Source: Selaginella moellendorffii (lineage: Eukaryota; Plantae; Lycopodiophyta). Taken from it: a stretch of 64,000 bases of DNA. Numbering within the stretch: position 1 is the first letter of the stretch; each line of letters opens with the position of its first letter. The position numbers and the translations under genes are program-made. A model generated the notes under the pieces. The model ran no database searches, was not told the origin of the DNA, and saw nothing but the letters and a program-made list of their open reading frames with translations. The stretch spans positions 972,654-1,036,653 of the forward strand of contig NW_003314308.1 in NCBI RefSeq assembly GCF_000143415.4, read 5' to 3'. This document shows positions 24,065 through 35,799 of this stretch, piece after piece.

Positions 24065-26623
24065 CTACTCGTAGTCGGCCGACTTATCCAGCGGGGGCGT
24101 GAGCATCCCAAACGGGATCCTCCTCGAGTGCTTCCTCCTGCGCGTGATTCCCTGCGGCGCCACCAGCGCCTCCGCCCTGAGGCTCGCCACCGACACCCTC
24201 CCCGCCATCATCTCCAAGTAGTGCTCGAAGCACAGCGGGAACGACTTCCAGTCGTAGACGGAGTGGAGCGTCCCCACCCGGACAACCTCCATCCATTCCT
24301 CGCCCGACACCTGAATCCTCTTGAGCACCTTGTGGACGCGCATCAGGTACATGTCGATCATCCCGCTGTAGCATCCGATCACCGAGCAACACTTGCCTCG
24401 CAGGAACTGCCGGCTCATTCTCGTCAGCACCACGAACAGGAGATTGTCCCCGCACTTGGTATCGTGGCTCACCAGCGGCGGGACCAAAAACTTCTTCCCC
24501 ATGTTGCGCAGGTCCGACTCGGTGGGGAAGAACGAGGCCAGGTTGCCGTCCAGCCCGACCACCTTGATGTCGTTGGAGAAGGACTTCCGGATGTTCCTGC
24601 TCGACGACTTGTGCTTGGCGGCCAGCGAGAAGATGAGCGACCAGCGCAGGTGGTAGTCGACCGTCTTCTTCACAAACGCGAAGTTGTCGCAGCAGCGGTA
24701 GTAGTCGAGCCAGCGGTACGCCAGCCCCGAGTACCAGTGCAGGATGGCGATGTCCTCCTGCGCTAGCAGCATCCGGAAGTGCGTCGGCCTCCCACCTTTC
24801 GTCACGATCTCTCGCAGCCGCAGCTTGTCCACCAGTTCCATGATCGGCATGATCACCAGCAGCCGCAGCTCGTCCGCCTTCTTCACCTTGATCGGTGGCG
24901 GGTTTCCGGTCGATCGGGCCTCCTTCTCCGCTGCCAGCCGCTCCATCTTCTCCTGCTTCTGCTTCAGCCTCGCGTTGACGCCCCCCTCAGCGCTCACCGA
25001 GTAGTCGAGCTGGCCCAGGAACTTGTCCACCTCTTCCTGGAACCTGTCGAACGCCGCGATGAGCTCCTTGGGTAGCTGCTCGCGGATCCAGGGGCTCATC
25101 AGTATGTGGCCTTTCCGGAACTTCTCGCGGATCATCAGCCTCTCCTCCTCCCTCTCGCTGCTCAGGAATCCCCGGACCATGTCCCCCGCAACGCTCTCGA
25201 ACATACGCCGGACCGTCGCGTCGCCCTGGCTCTCCGACGACGCGTTCTTCCTCGAGCGGGTGTATATCTCCACAAGCATCTCAGCGCCCAGCTTCCGAAC
25301 AACCGCATCGTAGTGGTGCTTCATCTGCCGCTTCACCATCTCGATCCGGTTCTCCACCGCTCGCATCGACTGGATGCACGTCTGCTTCCGGAACTCGGGC
25401 ATCTTGGAGGGAGGAACGAACTGGAGCTGGAAGCCAAGGAAGTCACACTGGTTGAGGGTGGCGTCCATCAGCGTCTTCCGGCCCCGCTCCACCTCCGCCA
25501 CCAGCTTCTCGTTCACGTATACGCACAGCTCGTGCTGGACCGTGAGAGCAATCTCCTTCTGGCCCGACACAGCCAGCAGCACCTCGTCGCCATAGCGGCA
25601 TGCATACAGCCTGATCTTGCGGTCGGCCGGGTCGTCGCTCTCCTCGGCGGGCGTGTTGGGAGCTGACTCTTCAGTGATTCCAATATCAGCATCCGGGACT
25701 GAGGCCCTCGCAACTTTCACTTCCTCAGGCTCCTCCGGGTTCATGCTTGCCACCCCCTCCGCCACCTCTTGGATCTTCCAGTCAAGCTTGTCCAAGTAGA
25801 TGTTGAGAAGCATCGGCGAGAGGATGGGCTCCTTACAGAAGTCCTCCCAGTGGAGATTCCCCATGTCCATCTGGAAGACGCGGGCACGGAAGAGCTGCCG
25901 GAGGAAAGCTATGAGCCTGCTGTCTTCGATGGTTTCCTCAAGGATGGCCACCAGCACGTCGAAGTTCTCGAGCGTGAAGTGCCGCTCCAGCTTCATCTTG
26001 ATGAACCAGTCAAAGTACTTCCAGCGATACTTGATCAGCCTCATAGCCATATGCCTCCCTCTTCCGGGCCTGGAAGCAAACGAAAGGCTGGAGAACCGCG
26101 GCTCGTAAACTTCCTGAAGCGCCATCCGGGTGGCCTCCATGGCGATCTTGGTCTTGAGATTGGGAAGAACCAGCGAGCGAGTGGAGTTCTCCTTGGAAGA
26201 GACGAGGACCTCCACGCAGTTGGCCTTGACGTCAAACGTCCCAATCGCCAAGTCCCTGGACATGTGCTCTATCACCTCCCGGCTAATCCCATCGGCCTCC
26301 ATTTGCTTGGCCTCGTTTCCCAGGAGAGGCCCCGAGCGCTTCTTGATAGAATTGTAAGCGGCCATTAGATTGCTGGGAGTAGCTACTACATTCCTCATCA
26401 ACAATCGATACTTACCGTCCACGAAGATCCCGTCCACGCCCTGCCGGAACCTCTCCTGGTCCACGTCCTGGAAGAGCGAATTCACCTCCCTGGCGATGAG
26501 CGCTCTGTTGCTCGGCTCCTCCTCCACGGCGGCGGCCGCTGACCAGGCCGATCGATGCGGCGCGGCACTGGCGCCGACCCAGCAGCGGCGCCATGGCGCT
26601 GCCCGCCCCGCGCGTTGCAGCAT
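24065..26623 (-). CDS. nMAT: Nuclear-encoded group II intron maturase (nMAT), mitochondrial-type presequence, intronless
   Basis: RT-like blocks EVYEPRFSSLSFASRPGRG, ILSPMLLNIYLDKLD, YACRYGDEVLL and FLGF; domain X (ILHWYSGLAYRWLDYY..LRWSLIFSLAAKHK); C-terminal CSVIGC..PLCFEH remnant; Arg/Ala-rich N-terminus. Confidence 0.92.
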   Translation of the reverse strand: MLQRAGRAAPWRRCWVGASAAPHRSAWSAAAAVEEEPSNRALIAREVNSLFQDVDQERFRQGVDGIFVDGKYRLLMRNVVATPSNLMAAYNSIKKRSGPLLGNEAKQMEADGISREVIEHMSRDLAIGTFDVKANCVEVLVSSKENSTRSLVLPNLKTKIAMEATRMALQEVYEPRFSSLSFASRPGRGRHMAMRLIKYRWKYFDWFIKMKLERHFTLENFDVLVAILEETIEDSRLIAFLRQLFRARVFQMDMGNLHWEDFCKEPILSPMLLNIYLDKLDWKIQEVAEGVASMNPEEPEEVKVARASVPDADIGITEESAPNTPAEESDDPADRKIRLYACRYGDEVLLAVSGQKEIALTVQHELCVYVNEKLVAEVERGRKTLMDATLNQCDFLGFQLQFVPPSKMPEFRKQTCIQSMRAVENRIEMVKRQMKHHYDAVVRKLGAEMLVEIYTRSRKNASSESQGDATVRRMFESVAGDMVRGFLSSEREEERLMIREKFRKGHILMSPWIREQLPKELIAAFDRFQEEVDKFLGQLDYSVSAEGGVNARLKQKQEKMERLAAEKEARSTGNPPPIKVKKADELRLLVIMPIMELVDKLRLREIVTKGGRPTHFRMLLAQEDIAILHWYSGLAYRWLDYYRCCDNFAFVKKTVDYHLRWSLIFSLAAKHKSSSRNIRKSFSNDIKVVGLDGNLASFFPTESDLRNMGKKFLVPPLVSHDTKCGDNLLFVVLTRMSRQFLRGKCCSVIGCYSGMIDMYLMRVHKVLKRIQVSGEEWMEVVRVGTLHSVYDWKSFPLCFEHYLEMMAGRVSVASLRAEALVAPQGITRRRKHSRRIPFGMLTPPLDKSADYE

Positions 26624-26684
26624 TGCATTGTCCTAAAGCCCTAAACCCCTTTCCTCGCTCCCATTTTTAGGGTTCTTCGTATTT

Positions 26685-28398
26685 TCACTCGCTGACCAAG
26701 AGGATCTTGCCCGGGGAGGCCTGCAAATCAAATCCTGGCAGCGTTGGAGCGGAGTTTCAACGATCTTGAGGCGCGTACCTTGGCGAGGCTCCTGCGGATG
26801 GCATCGTCGTAGCGCTCCAGCGGGAATTTCTCGCCCACGAGCGGCTCCATGATCTTGCCCTCGAGGAGCTTCATCACGGTGGACGCGATCTCCCGGAATT
26901 CGTGCATTGATCGCTTGTAGATCCAGCGCTTGAGGTAGAACCCCTTGACGCTGACCTCGCGCAGCAGCAAATCCATGCCCGCGACGGACACCTCCGCCTT
27001 GTTCATGGTGCCGTAGACGATGACCGTTCCCCTGTTCTTGACGCTGGCGCAAAGAATCTGGCAGGAAGGATGGAGCGAATCAGTGGAGCTGGGTCGATTG
27101 GAGAGCTCTTGCCTTTGTGATCTCGCCGCCCAGGCAATCGATGGCGGCGTGCGCGAGCTTGCCATTGGTGATCTTCTTCACCTCCTTGACAACGTTTTCT
27201 TCCTTGAAATTGATCACGTAGTCGGCGCCCAGGCGGAAGAGCTCCTCCTTTTGCTCGTTCTTTCTCACCAGATTGATCGTCTGGAAATGGAAGAAACCGA
27301 TCGATCGATGAATCGTTCCAAGAAAAAAGGAGAAGAAAGGAGACCTTGATGCCCTTGTGGTGTGCGTATTGGATATACATTCTTCCAAGAACCGAGGAAG
27401 CTCCACTCTGGATCACGTAATCGCCGCTGGGAACCTCCAGCTCCTCCGCCAGAGCATACACTGCGCAAAAGAGATCCCTCCCGTGAGGAAGGAGTCCACA
27501 AACCCATCCAAGATCTTCCTTGCCTGTGAATGGGTTGACGAAGAACTGGCAAGCCACCTCGTTGGAGATGGAGTCGGGCACCGGGATGGTCACATCGGCC
27601 GAGCAGAGGAGAAACTCCTGCCATGTCTCGGGATCGCTCCACTCGAGAATCGGGCACACCCGCTGACCCACGCGCAGACCCACCACATTCTCCCCGACCT
27701 TTTCTCCCAGTCCAATCGGGTACCCGCAAAAAAGGAGAGGAAGAACACTATGATCGTCAATGCGAAACAGAGGAAGAACACTCCATCGCCAAGTATCCCA
27801 TCGCCAAGTACCACAAGCAATCAATCCTACACAAGAAGAAGACCCAAGAAGAGATCCATCCTCCTCGATCAATCACCAGGACATCCAAGCTTCTCGGAGA
27901 TCGATTGGGTCCCAGAAAGAAGAAGACCCAAGAAGAGATCCTCCTCGATCAATCACCAGGACATAATGCCAATTCCTCCAAGCTTTTCCAGGAGGAAGAA
28001 GAAGACGAAGAAGACCCAAGAAGATATCCTCCTCGATCATTCATGCCAATCACTGCAAGCTTTTCGGATCGCGATTGGGTAGTAGCATCAAACCAAACAA
28101 CAGGAAGAAGAGGGGAAGAAGAAAGATCGATCAAACAAGCTGGAGAGCTGACGATCCAGCTTACCTCGTGGATGATCCCCATGCCCTCGAGGCCTGGCAC
28201 CGCGGGGAAGGAGATGGGCTTCCAGGTGGGGTAGAAGCCCTGCAAGCACATAATGTCGGATGGATTGACTGGGCGGCACAGGAGCTTCACCACGACCTGG
28301 CCACTCCCGGCTCGCGGCGTCGCCACCCATCCAATCCGGCACGCCGCCGCTGGATCTTCCCGGTTATACGACAGGAGCTGGATCGCCCTGTGCATCAT
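26685..28398 (-). CDS. MDR-superfamily NADPH oxidoreductase (trans-2-enoyl-CoA reductase / quinone reductase-like), 6 exons
   Basis: Motifs PVNPSDI..G.YP..PAVPGLEGMG, QFFVNPFT, VIQSGASSVLGR, TINLVR, LGADYVIN, IVYG and C-terminal GKILL. Stop at 26685. Confidence 0.88.
27830..28040. repeat. Three imperfect tandem copies of aagaagacccaagaaga..tcctcgatca within intron 1 of the oxidoreductase
   Basis: Copies are visible near 27833, 27917 and 28008. Confidence 0.75.
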
Positions 28399-28639
28399 CG
28401 CCGCCGTCTCCTCGCTCTCGATTGATCAATGCTCTTCTCTTACGATCGAAGATCTAGTTTGCGGGAAGGACGAGCTCCTTTTATAACCCAAAGCTCTCGG
28501 ATTTGTTACCTCTTATTGTTTCGCGGGGTATTAGATTATGAGCGCCATGGAAAGACCGTGTGACCTGCGTAATCCGGGAGCGTCAATCCAGCATCTTTGT
28601 ACTCAGCAGCAAAGGCGTAAAACTTTCCGTTCCAGGCGT

Positions 28640-29180
28640 GAATGAGTGAACACGACGCCCTCGCTTTGCTTTAGCATGGATCCTGTATATCAGCGGCAAA
28701 CTTTCAGGGGAAAAGCGGAGAAAAACGAAAGAACCTTTGGCTCCAAGACCACGTTTCTCACGCTCCATACTAATGGTACCGTCGCTATAGCCACAGTCCT
28801 CTCAAACAAGGATGTGCTGCCATTCGTCCACGCCCTGGCCATAACTTTGATCGTGGGAGATTGAATAGTCACGGCCCTGGCAGGGATAAGCCGACCAAGA
28901 AAAACGTGGATGGAATAGAAAGGGAGATACGTACATGGATCTTTGTATACTGACTCATAAACTTTGCAGGACTTTTTGCCATGTTCTGCTGTACCAAGGT
29001 GTGAGTGAGTCACTGATATCCAAAGAATTGCAATCTCGAGCTCCAGGACATAACTTATCTACAAGAGAGTGAAGTAATCAGTATACTTGTAGAAAAGAAA
29101 GGAAACTTGCCTCGAGCGTTTGACTGATCCACCTAAACGTGATGGATGGCTTGGAGTCTGTTAAACAACCGAGAGATCCA
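28640..29180 (-). pseudogene. Degenerate tandem duplicate of the MED15 3' exons and 3' flank
   Basis: ccaggacataacttatctac and ggaaacttgcctc (29043-29113) match 29947-30009. TIKVMARAW echoes TIKAMARAW. acgacgccct.gctttgct.tagcat occurs at both 28652 and 29257. Confidence 0.75.
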
Positions 29181-29366
29181 AAAGTATGTATAATTTCTCT
29201 AGTCAACAACATCAGCTGTTCACGCCAACGAAGTGCGTTTCTCGCGCTTCGCGAAACGACGCCCTGGCTTTGCTCTAGCATAAATACCTGTATATATAGC
29301 AGCAAACTTACATTACTCCGCGAATTACCTTCCACTACCTCATCTTGTATTAACACTGTCGTGAAG

Positions 29367-32034
29367 CTAAGTTGCTACGCAGTTCTCCCAAACGCCGATG
29401 CTGCTTAGGAAAGGACCACCGTTGCTGCTACCGCTGCTGCCGTAAATCGCCTCCGATACAACCTTTCGAGCACACTCGTCCCATGCTCTGGCCATGGCTT
29501 TGATCGTGAGAGGATGGGTATAATTACCGAGCCTCACCGCCCTGGAAAACGAGTCTCTAGCCACCACTGACAGCAAGTGACTAACGAGGCCAAAAACAAA
29601 GCGTAAAAAACATGAATGAAATGGAAAGAAGGATCCTTACTTGGAGTTTGGATCAAAATTGTCGGACATTAGAAGCGGAGGAGTCTTTGGATAAGTTGGA
29701 GGGACGAGTACTCGTAGCGGTGACAAAACGGCCTGCCATTAAGAAATATCCGACAAAGTCAAGCACCACAGAAGTAAATAAGGACTTTTACCATGTGATG
29801 TATCGTTTCTGGAATCTCAAGGCCGTTGTACGAAAATGTAAGAACAAGACCTTCCTTGCCTTCGGAGGCTGCTTCCTCAGTCCCATCCTCACTGATATCC
29901 ACGACGGTGTCGATGAGGTGGTCATTCGTGTCGCGAATTTCTTGCTCCAGGACATAACTTATCTACATGAGAGTACTTATAGCGAGGAAAAGAAGGAAAC
30001 ACTTGCCTCAAGTTTTTGACTCTTCCACCCGGATGTGACGGATGACTCAAGGTCGGCCTCGTCCCCTTTGTGGAGACTGTTCACAACGCTTCCATCCGAG
30101 GAGATTAGTGTCAGCGCAATGGAATCGAGCTGACGCTTGACCTTCTTCGCAGCTGCTGGGCCTTCCTGCGTTGATGCCAAAGCTCTAGATTGCTGACGAC
30201 TCTTTGTCAATGCAGCCAAGTCCTCCCCGACAGCTGCTCTGCAACCAGGGCCGGGTGCTGAGGCCGCGAGCTTGTCGGACAAGTTCACGACAGATCTCAT
30301 TTCCCTCACGCCTGCGCTGAGAGCTTTTGGAGACATCGTGCTAACCTGGAGTTCGATAAAAAAAAAAAAAAAAAACAAATGAGTTTGAGTTATGTAAGAG
30401 GAGAAACTAGAACTTACGATCTTAAGAAGCCTCTCCAAAGGATCGAGGCCCTTCTGGCCAAATGGAGTCCCGGGCGCTGGATCCTGCGAGCCAGCGACTT
30501 GAGCAGGACTCGGGGAAAACTCCAAGAAAGGTGACGCCGAAATGCCTGGTGTGCCAATCACTGGAGTTGCGGTGGACTGGTTGTAGCCAATCGGCTGGGA
30601 ACTCGTTATCGAGGACACAGCGGAAGTAGCCGCTTTATGCTCGGCGTCCTCGATTGGTGGCGAAGCAACCGGAAGCAACGGAGAGGGAGTCATAAACGGT
30701 GGTGTCGCCGCTTGCAAAGGCGTGCCAACTTTGACGGTAGTTAAACCTTGAGCATGCTGCTGGTCTATCTGCGGTGACAGTTGCTGGGCCAGTTGAGGCG
30801 ATGGAGCTTGCAGAATCTGGGGAGATGAAGTCAGCTGAGGCGATCCAACTTTCATCTGATTCAGCTGGTTCTGCTGCTGCTGCTGCACTCGCTTAGTCGC
30901 CATCATTCTTCGGATATCCATCTTCGAATCCTCCTGCATTTGTTGCTGCTGGTGTTGTTGCTGCTGCAGAGGAAGGACGAGGTTGGAAGCTTGCTGCAAC
31001 TTTTGCTGCTGCTGCTGAGCCAGTTGGATTCTCTTCATCTGCTGCTGCTGTAGAAGATCTTGCTTAAACACATGCTGCTGCTGCTGCTGCTGCTGCTGGA
31101 GAGGATTTAGACTGTGCATCATGTTGGGCTGAGCAGTATTCTGCCCCGGAATTGTGACAGGCGGATGCTGCACGGACGAAATCTGACCGCCAAGCATTCC
31201 TTGCTGCTGGTGCTGCTGCTGCTGAAGTTGCACTTGCTGCTGCTGCTGTTGCTGAGGGAGCTTACGCTTCTTAAAAGTCTCCATAATACTCACAATTTGC
31301 TTCTCGAAGGCTTCTAACTTGTCTAGCCTGAACTCCTTTGGAAGGTTGGTCCTCGAGGCAGATAAATATGGAATCATTCGGCTTAACACGTCCTTGTAAT
31401 GATTCAGCTTCTGTAGCTGATCTGCGGGCATTGACTGCATATAGAAAAAAAAAATGTTTGTAACAATTTGGGCCGACAAAGGCTTACCTGTTGACTTCGT
31501 GCAACAAGCATGTTCCGAAGATCGTTCATGTCAGGTAAATACTTGTCCTTGAGGTTTTGCAGCTGTAACAGAAACGATTATTTCATATTGAATACAAAGT
31601 ATGCTGTGATACATACCTTGTTCCACACCGTCTCTTGTTGGTCGATGGTAGCGGACTGAGCTGTCTGACCCGAATCAACTGAAGCTGTGAAAAAAACAAT
31701 TAAGCCCACTCGCTCTTGAAAATCCATAACAACGCACCTGAGGAAGCTTCGGACACGGCACGTTGTTGCATCATCCCGAGGGGTTGATTTTGCTGCGGCA
31801 GTGCTTGTTGCTGCTTCGGCTGAAGCATTTGTTGCTGAAGCATCTGCTGGCCATTGCTCAAGAGCTGCTGCTGGTGCAAAGCTTGAGCACTCGGCTGCTG
31901 CTGTTGCTGCTGCATGTACGGTTGTTGCTGCTGTTGCATCAAGCTTGGTTGATGCTGAGACATATTTGACTGAGGCTGAGAAAGTCCAGCTAGCTGTGGC
32001 TGTTGTTGTTGTTGCTGCTGTTGCAATGGTGGTA

Positions 32035-32065
<31 letters not shown>

Positions 32066-33229
32066 ATGGTGCTGCAACAGGGTCACGGGCGGCTGCTGTT
32101 GCGGCTGCTGCTGCTGTTGCTGCTGTTGCGGAAGTAGACCTTGCTGCGAATTAATCCCAGAAGGTTTTAGAACCATACTCGTCGGTTGCTGCTGCTGTTG
32201 CAAGCCGGGTTGCTTTTGCTTCATATGCATCCGGTAAAGCATCTGCTGAGAAGCAACATGCGGAGGTTGTGAAGATTGAGGCTGTTGTTGTTGCTGCTGA
32301 TGCTGTGGTTGTTGTTGAGGCTGTTGTTGCTGCTGTTGTTGTTGCTGTTGTTGTTGCTGCTGCTGCTGCTGTGGCTGCACTTGAGTTTGACGAGCTTGCA
32401 TCATTCTCACGGCAGCTGAATTCTGGCCGAGACCGGCAAGGTTTGCTTGTTGTCCTTGCAGGTGTGCTGGCAAGGCCGCAATGGGATTCCCTTGCAAAGA
32501 CTGATGTGGTCTGCCTTGACCACTCAGTTGGATGTTGTTGCCAAAACTTTGCGGGACTTGAGCTTGACCTTGAGCTTGTCTCATCTGTAATTGCTGCTGC
32601 TGCTGCTGCTGTTGGAGTTGTTGTTGCTGTGGTTGCTGCTGCTGGATTTGCTGCTGCTGTTGCTGGGGCTGCTGCTGCTGTTGCTGGATTTGTTGCTGGA
32701 GCTGCTGCTGGATTTGAGGCTGCTGAGGCGGCTGCTGCTGCTGCTGCTGCTGCTGGATTTGCTGGGGCTGCTGCTGCTGCTGGAGCCCTGGCTGCTGAGC
32801 ACCCATGAGAGACGAAGTCCCAGAAACCATCTGAGAAGCATCCGAGGGATTTGGCGGGGGAGCGTTGCTGTTGTTCTGGGACGACTTATTCTCTAGCGAG
32901 AGCATCTTCATGGATATCCTCCGGAGATAGTCTTGCTGAACAAGGAAAAAAGAAACTTTTCTATCATCGATCCGATCAGAGGAGCGAGGAGAAACTTGCC
33001 TGATCCGTCGCCGTCATGTAAATCTTCTCCTCGAAGCGGCATGCGATCTTGAGCAGCTCGTTCATGCCGTCGGGCGGATTGTGTGGCATATGCTTCTGGA
33101 GCGTGTCCATTCTGCCGATTACCGGAGACAAGGCCATGAGGATCAATCCAGAGAGCTAGAGGGGAGCGCTTACATTCTCTTGACGATCTTATTCCGCGCA
33201 TCGGAGCATAGGCCACTACGCCAATCCAT
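29367..33229 (-). CDS. MED15: Mediator subunit 15 (MED15a/NRB4-like), multi-exon, poly-Gln rich
   Basis: N-terminal KIX domain MDWRS..RNKIVKRIMDTLQKH..IACRFEEKIY..DYLRRISMKML; long poly-Q tracts; AAVGEDL; LIDTVV; PLRVLVPPTYP; C-terminal MARAWDECARKVVSE..GVWENC. Confidence 0.93.
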
Positions 33230-33360
33230 TGCCCTCGTCTTCTCAAACCCTAGCTAGCTCGCTTCTCCTATTTGGTAAATCTGTTGAAAACTAATAAAAT
33301 AATGTGAAATATTCTTTACATCTAAAGAATCCGGTCAAGTATCTAGGGCTTGACAGAGCT

Positions 33361-34103
33361 ATGGCGTTCCAGGGCGCCAGGGTTCCTCTCAATTGGTGGC
33401 AGCGCGCGGCCGTCGTGGCGGGTTCGGCAGTGGGAGCTGCGCTGAATCCCGCTAGGGCGGATCTCGTCGCTGCTCTGGGCGAGACCACGGGAGGATTTGC
33501 GTTCCAGCGAATGCTGGAGCGTATGGAGCGAAGCCCCGAGGGCCAGGTAGCAAGCAAATCTTGTTCTTCCTATCCATCTCCAAGCAATTCCTTTGCTCCA
33601 AGCAGAGAATTCTCGCGGAGCGTCCCAGAGTGACATCGTCGGCAATGTCTCGCGCCTGGGATCTCCCACCCAATACCTTTGGCGCCGCCTACGCCCAGTT
33701 CATGGGATCCAGGAACTTTAGCCCCGACGATCGCCCTCCAGTTCGATTTCTAGAGTCCGAGCAGCTCGCCTACGTTGCGACACGAGCCCGGGAAGTTCAC
33801 GACTTTTGGCACGTCCTCTTTAGCCTGCCCACCAGCGTCATGGGAGAGCTCGCCTTGAAAGCTCTCGAGTTCCAGCAGACCACCATGCCGATGTGTTTCC
33901 TCTCGGTTGCCGGAGCTTCGTGGCGGCTCAAGCCACACCAGAGGGACGCGCTCTTCCGGGAGTTCATCCCCTGGGCTTTCAAGGCTGGGAACTCCGCCAC
34001 GGACCTGATGTGCGTTTACTACGAGCAGCACCTGGACGAAGATCTGGAAGACGTTCGCAGCAAGTGGGGCATCATTCCTGCGCCGGCGCTACGAAAAAAA
34101 TAG
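33361..34103 (+). CDS. COQ4: Ubiquinone biosynthesis protein COQ4, 2 exons
   Basis: [16 protein letters not shown], intron 33547-33605, [38 protein letters not shown] (HDxxH..E motif), YYEQH. Confidence 0.95.
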
Positions 34104-34299
34104 TTTTTCCGAGCCTCCTCAACTCGTCAACTTCGCCCAAGCTCCTGTGAGCCTCTTCTTCTACAAGAGCTTTGGTGCTGGATAAAAGGTTGAGCAATTG
34201 CCGAAGAAACTTGCCTGTGCACGAATGGAAAAGTCATTAGAACCGGATCGCAAAAGCTCAGGTACTTACATTCTCCTGATGGACATTTCCAGTTGTGTC

Positions 34300-34680
34300 G
34301 TTCGGATCAGGTCTCTGAGAAGCCAATGTTCCAGAGGCCTTCCGGTGTCGAGGGAGGAACGTACTTATACCGATGCTCACACCGCGAGTTCCCGTTTCGC
34401 CTGGGAGTTCCACACGTTGACGTTGGGAATCTAGTGGGAAAACCACATCGAGCAACCTGAAGCTCGTAGTGATGCGACGGAGACACTGGACTTACAACGA
34501 TGGTAGAGGTGCGACTGCTTCTGCTAAGTCTCCAGGAAAGGAGTGGACTGCGCCTGTTAAGTCGGTGCGGAAGACAGCCGACGCGTGGAATGCAAGTGCA
34601 AAAAGTTCTACCACGCGGCTTCGATTTCTCAGCTCCATGGCGATCTCTTGAGGCGTGTCGGCTCTGGTGGTGAAGTCCGA
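34300..34680 (-). pseudogene. Scrambled 3' remnant of COM1/SAE2
   Basis: tcaggtctctgagaagccaatgttccag..ccttccggtgtcgagggaggaacgt matches the 3' end of the intact gene at 42513. Deletions and an internally inverted piece (AKSPGKEWTAP on the + strand). Confidence 0.8.
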
Positions 34681-35799
34681 GGAATTGAAATTTAGGTAGA
34701 AACTAACATAATATCACATTGCAACCCTATTGAAGTAAAGCCTTGCAAGAATTAATTTAGCCCAAGGTAAAAATTAAATCTTTGTCTTGAAATTATTTCT
34801 TTTTGGTCTAATTAGGATTCTTTACCTTAATGAATATTGACACAAACAATTATAGAAATGTAATTTGTGCTTAATTGATTGTGCCACTTTTATAAAGTAT
34901 TTTTCTTCTTTTTAAGAAAATATACAAATTGACAATCAAATTTAAAGTGAGATTGAATATAATATTTCATCTGAGCAAGATTGAAGTGCTAATATTGAGC
35001 AATCTTGCTTTTCCCCTCTTATTTCTCTTAAGTATACAAAGATTTCAAATTTAAATGGCTTATCATATCTAAAACCAATTTAAACTTCATAGTCAGAGTT
35101 ACTCTTTAAAAAAAAATGGTGTATATCCAAATTTTAACATAAAGCAAAAGTATTAGTACATGCAAATTTACATATTGCAATCAAAATAGGTATGAAACTT
35201 AATGTCCCTCAAGTGTATACTTAATATTCTAAGTTAATATCATTATATGTCAGGATAAGATACCAAATTATATGTATATATACTTAATGTTATAATATAA
35301 TGTGTTTAAGTTCCACACTTTAATTACTCTACATAAAGAGGATTTGAATTCTCCTTTTCTTTGAAAATGGGTGTGAGATAATGTAGTGAATGTTTATATC
35401 AAGCTTATCAATGGTAATATGTTCAATTTTTTATTGTGTCAATTTATCATCAAGGAATAGAAGGTAAAGTTTTTTATTTATCTTTTTCATTGCTAATAAC
35501 TATTAGTTTACATTTATTTATGCTTTCTTAAAAGGAAAGCATAAAAAGATTATTCTCCATTTTGATCTTATAATCACAGTCCACAATCAATATTTTATTA
35601 TGATAATGATAGAGAACTACATCAAATCAAGTGCAATATAAAAGTATTATGGGAAACCTTATTCAATCTTGCTCACCACAATACCTTAATAACTTAATGA
35701 ACATGATTACACCTTTATTTTTTGATAATATAAACTATATTAAACACTTGTTATAAGTGGGTAAACATGTGATAAAGTGAGAGTATTAAAACCAAGCTA

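Noticed and set aside
24065-26623. Mobile group II intron or organellar DNA insertion
   Set aside because: No flanking intron RNA or domain V is visible, there is a targeting presequence, codon usage is nuclear-like, and the neighbours are tightly packed nuclear genes.
31763-32896. Poly-Leu, poly-Ala and poly-Ser ORFs
   Set aside because: They are alternative frames of the MED15 CAG/CAA poly-Gln tracts.
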